This document shows positions 13,079-23,764 of a stretch of DNA of 64,000 nt, piece by piece. The notes under the pieces were generated by a model, which was not told the origin of the DNA, did not search any database, and saw only the letters and a list, made by a program, of their open reading frames with translations. Each line of letters starts with the position of its first letter. Position 1 is the stretch's first letter. A program made the position numbers and the translations under genes. Source of the stretch: the human T2T-CHM13v2.0 reference genome, Homo sapiens; NCBI RefSeq assembly GCF_009914755.1, contig NC_060947.1; one strand, written 5' to 3'.

Positions 13079-13096
13079 GCTGCCCCCTAGAGGGCC
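13079..13096 (-). promoter_or_regulatory. Candidate CTCF binding site
   Basis: Minus strand reads GGCCCTCTAGGGGGCAGC, a close match to the CTCF core CCASYAGRKGGCRS. Motif match only. Confidence 0.55.
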
Positions 13097-14680
13097 TTGG
13101 CCAGAGTGCACACGCCATCACTGCCTTCTCTCCTAGTTTCTCTTTCTATTGCAGACTACGCTGCCTAAACTCGGGTCTCAAAGTAAACAGGGAGCTCAAA
13201 GTAAACAGGGTTTGAACACCAATTTGTGGTCTTTACATCATTTGCTAACTGCTAACACCCTTCTCTTCCTTGGAGAGTTTTCAGAAAGGAAATCATTATG
13301 AAGGGAGTAGGTGACTTCAATTCCTTTCTTCCCTATCATCTTCATTTCCACATCAGTCTCCAGATGAGCATTTTACCCCGCTGGAGTACATGCAGAAAAG
13401 TTGAAAGAGATGTAGCATGGTATAAATTTGAAAAGTTACAGTAGTGAAGTTGAAGGAAAAATAAAAGAAAAATAATTTAAAAAGAAAAAAGTATCTCTAC
13501 TGCCTCCCCTCCTCAGGACCCTGAGTTTGCCTATTCCTTATGTCCCACCCTCCTCCTCCTTCTCCTCTTCTCTGAGACCTAATCCACTTGGGGATAACAG
13601 ACTATTTTCCAGTTATCTATGATTTATCTAAATCTAGTTTTTGGATCTAAATCTGGTTTTGGAAGTGTGGGTGTTAAGTAATTCAGTCACACTATTCAAG
13701 AATAACAAATGTCATTGGAAGACATCATTACTTATTTTGATAAACAGAAAAAGTCTTACCAACACAGCCTACCCACTTCAGCATCTTCCATAAAATAAAT
13801 GATCCAAGGATATAAAACATAAAATGAGAAGCTAGAGTCATAAGTAATCTTATTTGTAGGACAGTGCTAAGCAGTTTGTCCTTTTGGGATCATGACCCTC
13901 AGCGAAGCAGGTAATATTTCCTTGACACTGAGCTGAGAGCACCACAGAAAGGGACTGGTGGAAACCAAGCAGGGTGCCAATGCTCCAACTATCAGAGCCT
14001 GAGCACTAGTAATAGCAACGGGTACTACAGTGTCCCCAGATAACTGAGTTAGACGACTAATTGTATGAACTAGAACACTAGGTTTGGACTTGGAGTAAAA
14101 CGCAGATCTGGTCGATCCACTACAAGAACACTGAACAGTGGGTCTGAAAAAATATCGAATTCAAAAATCCATCAGTTGACAAAGTGAAGGTTTCTGAAGG
14201 ATTCTTTATTATGACAGGATTAGGTTCAGCCTGAAGGAGAGACTAGTGCGTCTGGCTCCAGCAACAGGGCTAGAGAAGGTGGAGGCTAATAATAACAACA
14301 TTCACAGAGTTGGGAATCTAGGTCCAGTATTTTATTTTCATTGCCAATTTTTCATTCAATTTTTTTTCTTTAAAAGGAAAACCATTCTGTGCTCCAAACC
14401 CTTTCCCTTCACATTCTAGCCTGACAAAAAAGATAACCAGGATAGAATCAATAGTGTGCCAAACTGCCTTTGTGGTTTCACTTCATTTAGAAGTTACTCA
14501 AGAAAGGACAATTACATTTAAAATTGAAGACATCTTTTTATTATATGAAAGTACAATGATTCACCATTTTCTACCCTATGTGAAAGAAAATATAAAAGGA
14601 ATAGTTGAGACCAGCTGCATTTTTGCAATTGAGAATAATCCTGGATTTGGATATTTTATTTAAAGGCAGAAACTGACATC

Positions 14681-14750
14681 CAGCTAAGTTTTAGTAATGA
14701 AAAAATAAAAATTGTCAGCTAAGTTTTAGTAATGATGAAATAAAAATTGT
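14681..14750. repeat. 35-bp tandem duplication, 2 copies
   Basis: cagctaagttttagtaatgaaaaaataaaaattgt followed by cagctaagttttagtaatgatgaaataaaaattgt (2 mismatches). Confidence 0.95.
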
Positions 14751-17058
14751 TCAATCTCAAAGGAAAAACAAAAATCCTATGCTGATTCTCTAGACATATG
14801 TGTAATCATTTAAAATGGTATGTCTGCAGTAGTCCAGCCAATTAAAAATGGCTCAAAATAGCCACTCATTAAATACTTTGTTGACTATACCATAGGCACT
14901 GATTTTAAAAGGAAAAAAAGAGCAGTTTTCCTCTACGTTTCAATGAAATACACAGTATATTTGTTATCACATATCAGAAAATATAACTGATTTTAAAAGC
15001 ATACAAAAGTTAAATCTACTTAGTTCACAGTCATATAATAGAAATAAAGAGGCTTAAAAAGTAAAGAAGGCTCAGAGTAGTGTGGGATTAGTCCAGGATT
15101 CTTGAAAAATGTGTATTTGTATCAATCTCAATATATTGCTTTGGAAACATTATGTGGTTGGTTGCATATGTGTGTGCATTTCCTAAATTTAAAACAGTAG
15201 CTGATACCTATGTCCTGAAGAGATGGCCACATAGAAATCTTGATGGAATAGGAAAATTCATTCTCATTGTTAATGAAAAAAAAAAGGATTCTGCTTTTCT
15301 CAACGAATAAAACTGTTGGAGTCCTTCACCTCACCATGCAACATCTGGATAACTTAAGGCAAAACCTGTCCTAAAGAAACAAGAAAGATAGAGACTGTTA
15401 ATAGCATTCTAATCATTCTACTCTTTAAAAAACAATAATTTTCCCCATTCACGTGCTGCCATCACAACACAGGCCAGTAGCACACAGATGAAAATCCTCA
15501 TCTGGTACAGTTTGCAGCTATTCATTTGCAGAAAAATAAGAATACAGTAGGAGAAATTAATTCTTCAGGGGAAAAGAGCAACCTTGAGAACAACCCCACA
15601 TTTACAATCATTTATAATTTATAATCATTTATAATCAGCGCTCAGTGCTTCAACAAAGTTCAGCTATAAACATAAGGCTGTAATTGTCAGGTTCTTGTGA
15701 AAGAAATTCAGCTACAGCTTTTATCCACTGCAATTGTGGAGCTGTTCAAGCCTACTGGAAAAAAAAACATCTTCTATATGACCTGACTACCAAACAGTTG
15801 TCACACCCCTATTAATTACAGAGGTCGTTGAAGTAGTTAAGAATTCTTATCGAAATCTTTCCTCTATAGAAAGCCCTTCTTTTCCTCCCCTCCTTGGACT
15901 TTCAGTAAAGCATTTCTCAGAGCAGGGAACGAGTTCAAACTTTTCCTAATTATTGGCCCAAACATTATAGCACACTTCTGATATATATATTTTTTATTTT
16001 GGTAGTGTTGTAAGGCCAGTCCCAGGTCTACAAAACAAAAAAACAAAAACCAAAAAATCCTTGCAAGTCATATACAGGAGGGAATGGAGAAATGTTACTT
16101 TCATTTCACAGATACGCCCTTTTCAAATATTCTTATACATTATAGTGGTGGAGAGGGGGAAGTGTGTTGAAAGATTTCATTCATCTATGTTTTCAGTAAT
16201 AGTACCCTCTAGTGTCTCCAGCTGAGCTATGCATTTGGTGAGCTGCTAGGTAAAGCAGTTAAACCACCGACAGCATAGAGCTTGGTAACTAGCAGACCTA
16301 CTCCCATTTCTCAATCTTTAGTTTCTGAAGAAATTCATTTGTCTTTTGTGTATCTGTACCAGTTTCAGCCTTATTATCATTTGTGACGTGAATGCCTGAA
16401 TACTAGAAATATCTACCAATTAAATGTAAAACTGCCTGTACAAATTATGATAGTAAAAATGCTTGGAATTGAGAAAGTACTTTTAACTTCTCATATCATT
16501 TTCATATGCACTATAATATTTGTAGGTCACAGTATTGTTCCCCTACCCCTATGACGGCACATGAATGTTTGTTGTTGCTTTTAAAGAGAGAAGCAGAATG
16601 ATTTCACTTGGGATAAAGAGAAATGAATTCTTAACTAAGGCTTTTGCTTTAAGCATTCTCTATTCCTTTGAGGTTTATGTTATCTTTTAATTTTCCTTAA
16701 CATCTTTATTTTTTTATGTCTTGGAGAGTGACAACTTTTTAGCTTTATTTTAGACATTCTGCTGAGCATTTTAGATGAATTACCTTATTTAAATATCACT
16801 ACAATATTTTGAGGTGGATAAGGTTATTATCCCTAATTTTAGATGAAGGAACTGTAGCTTTTTAGGACAGCTCTGTCCAAAAAGCTACGTAATGCAAGCC
16901 ACACATGTAATTTGAAATTTTCTAAAAATATTAAAAATACACAGTTGAAGTTAATTTAATAATATATTTGTTGAACCAATGAGTCAATATATTATTTCAT
17001 CATGTAACCGATATGCAATGATAATGGTATATTATGTTATATTATATTATATTATATA

Positions 17059-17341
17059 TTGAAACAGAGTCTTGCTCTGTTGCCTAGGCTAGAGAAAAAT
17101 GCCACAATCATAGCTCACCGCAGCCTTCGAGTCCTGGGCCTAAGTAATGCTCCCAACTCAGCCTCCCGAGTAGCAGGGACTACAGGTGTGCGCTGCCACA
17201 CCTGGTGAATTTTTTATTTTTAGTATAGATGAGGTCTCACTATGTTGCCCAAGCTGGTCTGGAACTCCTGAGCTCAAGCAATCCTCCTGCCTTGGTCCTC
17301 CAAAGTGTTGGGATTACAGGCCTGAACCATGGGACCTGGTC
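17059..17341 (-). mobile_element. AluJ
   Basis: Diverged antisense Alu dimer with AluJ-type cactatgttgcccaagctggtctggaactcctgagctcaagcaatcc. Tail has decayed to (ATATT)n at about 17026-17060. Confidence 0.92.
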
Positions 17342-17355
17342 AATATATTTTACAT

Positions 17356-17357
<2 letters not shown>

Positions 17358-17393
<36 letters not shown>
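17358..17393. repeat. (GT)n microsatellite
   Basis: Run of about 18 GT units. Confidence 0.97.
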
Positions 17394-17395
<2 letters not shown>

Positions 17396-18526
17396 ATGTG
17401 ATATACCTTCAAAATTGGGTGTGTACTTTACACTCGAAGCATATGTCAACTAGGGCAAGCCACATTTCATGTGCTCAGTAGCCACATGTGGATAGTGGTT
17501 ATCTTATTGGACAATACAGGTCTAGAGATTAATTTCTTCACAGCCAGACAGCTAGAACATGGCAGAGCCAAGACTCCAAATTTGGTCAAAAATCAAAGGT
17601 TTTTTCTTAACTACTGAGCATCACTCCCTCCTACTGATTGCAATTGTTGCTGATGGTTTAATATTAAACATTAAAAATATCATGGAGAATGTGTTTTATC
17701 CAGTCTTTCTGTTTCATTCCCATACACCAATCTACTTTCCCAATAGCAATGATGATCTATTGATTATAACATGTCTGTGCAATGAATAGTGCAATTTGTG
17801 ATGTAAAACACAAAAAAAGAATGGAATTTAGTGCAAAATAACTGTCACATGATAAATACAAATTACTCTGTTGTCATCTATCTGCATGACCTGTACACTC
17901 CTTCTCTGAACAGAGACTATAAGGAAAGACAGATCACAATGAGATGACAGATTGCTTGATAAGGGATGTTTCATGCAAGGTGAATTGAAATAACAATATT
18001 TGATTGGCTTCATCAATCTCATGTCAAGGGTGATTTTGTCAGAGAAATGAAAATGTACATGAATAGGTGTTGCCAATGCTCATCTCTCTCAGTTTTCTTT
18101 CACCAGGATTCTATGGCTGATCAATCCTTTTTTAGATGGGCATGTTATTTCTTGGTTTTAATCAATTCTTACAGGCCTGAGAAACATCCTTACTCACTGA
18201 TGTTTTTGAAAACTCTTCTTTGATCCATTATATAATCAGAATGGCTTTATAGTTTATCCCTCAGAGAATATGCATATTTCCATGTTTATGGGGTATATAT
18301 TACCATAATTTCCCTTTTATGATCATAGCAGAACCCTGGTCTAGGTTCCTAATGGGAACACTGAAGAAACAAAATGCAATAAATATCACAGTTCCTTCCT
18401 GACACCTCATCCAAAAACCAGATTCCCACAGTGTCCTTTTTGCTTTTGAGGACTTTTGTTAGTCATAAAATTTTTATGTAATGCACATTCTGAAAATGTG
18501 TCACTACACAATCTGAAGACCGTATG

Positions 18527-18740
18527 CTGAGGGGCAGCACAATGGACTGGACGTAACACGGGTTGGAATTTCCTGTGTATTTTATAGCTATAATACCTTG
18601 GGCATTTTTACCGAGTCTCTGTTTTCTCATTTGTTAAGGAAAACATGAAGCTAATAATACCTACCTCTTAGAATGGTTTGGAGGATTAATGGGACAATTT
18701 ATATAATGCAGATGGTACATTAAAAACATTCAGTAACGGG
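18527..18740 (+). mobile_element. MIR
   Basis: accttgggcattttt...gagtctctgttttctcatttgttaa...ataatacctacctcttagaatggtttggaggattaat. Confidence 0.75.
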
Positions 18741-19139
18741 GAGTCCTTCTGTCTGTAGTCAGAAAAGCGTCTTCATCAGTCCTTTTAGAGTTAGAATGCC
18801 TAGAGCTTTTTGCCAGGTGCCTTTTGGTTATTCCGTTGCTCATTGGTGCCACCATCAGACAGAACACAGGAGAAAAGAAAATGGGGGAAAATTTTCATTA
18901 TTTTCAGATGTGGATTTCTGTCAGTCTTTTCAACAGACTCAATTTCTTAGGTAATTTTCTGGATTGCTTAGTTCAACTAGTAGAGTCTCCTTGGTCTGTA
19001 AGTAATGTTTCTAATCTATTCAGATCATTTCCTATTGGACTATACACCTAAAACTAAATGCTCTGCTCCATATTATATATAGAAGAATTCAGATTAACTA
19101 TAAAGTAACCATGTAGCTGAATTTATGAGTTATATACCC

Positions 19140-19290
19140 TGAATAGAAATCTAGAGTCTGTTACTCTTTAGCGTCATGGTCTTGTGCAAATCACCTGTCC
19201 TCTATGAATTTCAGTTTCAGGAATTGCAAAATGGAATAATAATATTAACCTCATAAGTCTGTCATGATAACTTTAAATACTTTAAACGGT
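19140..19290 (+). mobile_element. MIR fragment
   Basis: ggtcttgtgcaaatcacctgtcctctatgaatttcagtttc...gcaaaatggaataataata. Confidence 0.6.
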
Positions 19291-20670
19291 GACAAAATAG
19301 TTCTCTTCTCCTGCCTAGGGATTAAATGGAAATCTTCAGAAATCAATTAATTGGTATCTAATGTGGATGTTATGAATAATTCTTAGTATTTGAAAGCACT
19401 CCCATAGCATGCCTGTGCCACACTGTCCCTGGATCAATCAGTGATTTTATTTGCATTGAGTTCCTGCCATCTCCCATGACACAGTCTCATCCAGTATTGC
19501 AATCCCCAAGAGTCAGAGCTGTAACCATTTAGCAGCTTCTGATTTCCCCTCTCAGACATTTCCTAGCTCCCAAGAAGAGTGCAATGCATGTGCTGGATAC
19601 TGTGAATAATGAAGGGACGGTTACAGGAGGAGCAAAATGTAATAGCGAAGTGTCTCCTCACACCTGTGCAAGTAAATATTTCTCTGTTTTCTTTCATGCA
19701 GACCTGCATTGAGCTGCGGTGCTGATGTTTCTCCTAGTAGCATGGCTTTCGGTATAAAAATATGCAAAAAAGTGACGTGAGGAATATTTGAACCAAGGTT
19801 TTAACCTTCAAAATATCAGGAATGGGAAAGGAGGCAGCTAAGAAGATGGAGAAGGATATACTGGGGAAACAAGTCATAAGGATTTGCCTTTCAGTTAAAA
19901 AACTTTCCCTGAAGCAGCTATTAGAGAAAAGCAACTTATTATAATTCTGAAAATTTTTCCTTCTTGATGTTCTATCTCTATGCAGATGTCATCTCCTCTT
20001 CCATTCAGTAGACAAAAAATAAAAAATGGATACTGTGTTATTGGTGCTCTGAAACATTCTCTACTTTTTCTCCTTTTATTTCAGGAAAAAGAGCCACCTC
20101 CTTTCAAATAATTGCACAGCACCAGAAAGATAAGTTTTTCTACAGGATAAGCACGGAAAGTGGATTTTCCCCATAAAATCGTACACCTTTCTGGAGAGAG
20201 GAATTTAGAAAATTCACCTGGTTAATTTTCTGGCGTCTGGGTAAATTTAAGGAGTTGTTCCTTGAAACAAGAATAAGAGTTGACCAGCTGGGGTGGTTTT
20301 GATGTTGTTACTACTGGTTTTTTAATCACATGCCAGGAACGGGGGAATTGGCCCCTACTTCCTTATATCCACGACCCTTCGAAGGCATAAACCAGCCACA
20401 TTCCTCCTGGTACCTTTAGTGGTCCTTGGGGACCTGGCACCCGGATGCCCACCCAGCCGTCGCCCACCAGGCAGCCAGAGCTGGCTGGCAAGCACCAGGC
20501 ATGAGGCTCCGGGCTGGTTTCCTCCCTCTCTTGCCCCCTTTCCTACCTTGGAAAAGCGCCGTCCATGCCCGCGACGCTGCCTGGTCTCTGGCAGCAATGC
20601 CACCTGACTCACTCCTGCTTGCTGTCTGGGGTAGCCAAATGCTAGGTCGCTAGAACTTCTCCTTCCCTCC

Positions 20671-20672
<2 letters not shown>

Positions 20673-20710
<38 letters not shown>
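20673..20710. repeat. (CA)19 microsatellite about 750 bp upstream of the TSS
   Basis: 38-nt perfect CA run. Confidence 0.97.
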
Positions 20711-20711
<1 letters not shown>

Positions 20712-21453
20712 CCCTTCGCTGCTGTCAGAGGATTAATCTGGAAAGGCGATCGAAGTACCAGACCCCGCTCACAGTTGAGTATGATATATGCGGACAGCCT
20801 CTCAGCTCCAACTGTGACTTTGCCAGGCTTCTGCCCCTACTACCCCTAGTCTGCCTTAAGTATCCTTTGTATGAGAAAATGGTGCTGTGGGATGCTTGTT
20901 CTCTAGCTGGAGTCGGCAGCCAGCGGTATCACAAGAAAAACACACAAGAAAAATCAAACTTCTCTGAGAAAATGTGAATGGGTGAAACTTAAAGGGAAGC
21001 CTAAGAGAAGAGTGAGCAGAGGACCGAGGAGAACATTGTATGCCCAGGGTTTTGCTCAGGAAAGCTAGCAGCCCGAAAGCGGCGCGTTTTCTTCAGCAGC
21101 GGGTCCCGCACGCGAGAGTGCTGCCAGCACGCTTTCTGCCTCCTTCTCCAGGAGGCGAGCAGTAACTTCCTAAGCTTACCTCCATCTCTCCCCCGCCCTT
21201 CTTGCTGGTTCTCCGTCAGCGGGGAGGGGCCGCCCCCGGATCGATGGGGGATGTGAGGTGCAGGGAGTGGGGACCAGAGGGGGGTACTCAGCAGTTGGTG
21301 CTGCGCCATCCCTTCCCAGCAGGCGGCCCGGACACTGGTTCACTTCTCTCCCCACGCCTTCCCCTGGTTCACCCCCCTTCCTTCCCCTTTCTCCCCCTCG
21401 GTTAAGTCCCTCCCCCTCGCCATTCAAAAGGGCTGGCTCGGCACTGGCTCCTT

Positions 21454-21763
21454 GCAGTCGGCGAACTGTCGGGGCGGGAGGAGCCGTGAGCAGTAGCTGC
21501 ACTCAGCTGCCCGCGCGGCAAAGAGGAAGGCAAGCCAAACAGAGTGCGCAGAGTGGCAGTGCCAGCGGCGACACAGGCAGCACAGGCAGCCCGGGCTGCC
21601 TGAATAGCCTCAGAAACAACCTCAGCGACTCCGGCTGCTCTGCGGACTGCGAGCTGTGGCGGTAGAGCCCGCTACAGCAGTCGCAGTCTCCGTGGAGCGG
21701 GCGGAAGCCTTTTTTCTCCCTTTCGTTTACCTCTTCATTCTACTCTAAAGGCATCGTTATTAG
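21454..21763 (+). other. PCDH11X: PCDH11X exon 1 (5'UTR); start approximate
   Basis: ATG-free GC-rich leader ending at a consensus donor TAG|GTAAGT (GT at 21764). Confidence 0.85.
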
Positions 21764-23727
21764 GTAAGTAACCGGACTGGGTACCTGTACAGGGTGCTGT
21801 CAGGGAGGCGTGAGGTCCACACTTAGTGCGCGGACACTGCCCGCTGCCTGCCCCTGAGGTCTGAACTATGACAACGGGGTGGTTTTAAAGACGCTTCTGC
21901 TATTCTCCCTTCCCCCTTCTCTTCCCGGGAGGTAAGAGAAAGAGCAAACCCCGGAGGTGAGCGCAGGGAGAATATCTTTTTGCACTACCACCGCTGCGCT
22001 TGGTTACTTTGGGAAAACTCTCACTTTTGTCAGAAATGTGTCGGCGCATGAATTTCCCCGACATTGGCTGTGCAAAAAGGTCTCTCCCTTTAATGGGTAC
22101 AGCCAGCTTCAGCGAGGCTGAGGGAAACTCTAAGATTGGGGCGGGTGTTGACAAAAGAGCACGTCCCGGACTCCCAGACTCGCCCGGCTGAGAGATTGGA
22201 GCTGAGGGGCGATGCCTCTAGCTGAGAAACTACCCCTGGCCTCCCTGCGCTCCTCTGGGGGCTCGGGTTTGGATCCCTGCCAGGCTGGCTCCAACCCTTG
22301 AGGGTACGACCCTTGGCGCAGAGAGGAGAGCCAGGAGAGCCAGGAGCGCACAGGGTTCCCGGTGCTGTTTCTCTTGGCGCTCGCCTCCCCGCCCTTCCTT
22401 CCCGCCCTATTTTTATGGGGCTGTACTCAGCCAGCACCTGCTGGATGTGGAGATGGTAGGTGTGAGAAATACTGCCTATTTTTTAAAAATCAACTTATAA
22501 TCTAGCCGAAAAACGGCATCATTTTCTCATTTAAAAAAAATGACTTTTCTAAGAGTATTGCCAGACATAAAAGGGTTCCTCTTTCTCTAAAGAAATGACT
22601 TGTAATCCCTTAGCCAAATAAATAAATCAATAAACCGCCCACCTATCCCATAAATAGGTGGTGTTTTCTAAGACAGAACCCAGAAACAGTTCACGTCCTC
22701 ACAAAGGAATTCTTTTTCTTAAAGCGCGTAGCGATAAAACGGCTCTTTTTTTTCGAGAAAAGTAATGTACCTTTTAAAAGAGGTTCATCGGAAAATGTGA
22801 CTTTTTAAAAGCGAGCAGCCGCAAACGGGTGTATTTTTTAGACTTTAGAAGAGCGGAGCGGCAGTCCGCCCGGGTTGCGGCTGGGACTCGCATCTGAGCG
22901 CTTAGTCGCAAAAGGACTGAGGGGTAGGAGGAGAGGTCACTTTCTCAGAGTGTATAGCCAGAGCCGCTTCCTTGCCTCTCCCAGGGAAAGACTTTTAGAG
23001 CTTAACCGAAGATGGGCCCTTTTGCTTCAGAATGATTTATTCCGCGTTCCTCTGCTTCACCCGCCTGCGGCTTAGGGTGTGGGGCGCTAGGCTGCTCATG
23101 TGAAGCGCTTACGGGTGAGCCCTAGCCTCTCCGATGCAAAATGTGGGCTGGGGGCTGGGAATTGCTATTTGCGCCACTGCGGCACACACCCACAAAGCAA
23201 AAACCGTGGGGAAGAGGGGCTAGGACAAAAGAAAAAGAATTAAAGCTCAGCAACAAACAAAATAAAAATTTTTAAAGTGTCCTTTTCTTGTGTGGAAACA
23301 TCACAAAATGGGATTTAAACCCAGCCTAGGATCTGTTTGTACGAAGAAAAGTGTGTGGAAGAAACTGGTTGAAAATCCGGGTAGAAGGGGGAGGGGGGGC
23401 AGCAAAGATGGGGAGGAGGCGATGGTGTCATAGCAGTCGCCTGTGCGCTCTTAGCGCTGCAACCAGGAAACAACCTGAGGAGCATGCAGAGAATTCCGAA
23501 CGCTGAGCACACCTGAGAACATAGAGGTGCTTTGTGACTTAAAGCGACCTAGGCCCCCTAAAAAGTAAAACAGGTGTGACTCAAAATAGAAAAGGAAACG
23601 GTACTTGCGGGCACCCGCGCAACTTGGTAAAGACTGACGGAATTCCACTTTTAATCTTGTTTGAAACAAACTCTCGCAATCCCAGCAGGAAATTCCAGCG
23701 CCAGGGCTGGCCTTTCCTCTGTGGGTC

Positions 23728-23764
23728 TGTGTGTGTGTGTGTGCGCGTGTGTGTGTGTGTGTGT
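23728..23764. repeat. (TG)n-GCGC-(TG)n alternating purine-pyrimidine tract
   Basis: tgtgtgtgtgtgtgtgcgcgtgtgtgtgtgtgtgtgt read directly. Confidence 0.95.

Larger units (their letters stand above)
16868..17520. mobile_element. MER33 (hAT-Charlie) DNA transposon fossil, interrupted by AluJ and (GT)n
   Basis: Termini cagctctgtccaa ... ttggacaatacagg. Internal agccacatttcatgtgctcagtagccacatgtgg. Confidence 0.75.
16750..17630 (-). mobile_element. MIR split by MER33 and AluJ insertions (MIR parts about 16750-16860 and 17525-17630)
   Basis: ttatccctaattttagatgaaggaactgtagct resumes as cacagccagacagctagaacatggcagagccaagactccaaa after the inserts. Confidence 0.6.

Noticed and set aside
16203-16216. 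CTCF-like taccctctagtgtc
   Set aside because: Two mismatches at informative core positions; too weak without binding data.
8977-21111. REST/RE1 sites (ttcagcacc at 8977, ggacagc near 20792, ttcagcagc near 21092)
   Set aside because: Only isolated half-sites; no full TTCAGCACC-NN-GGACAG match.
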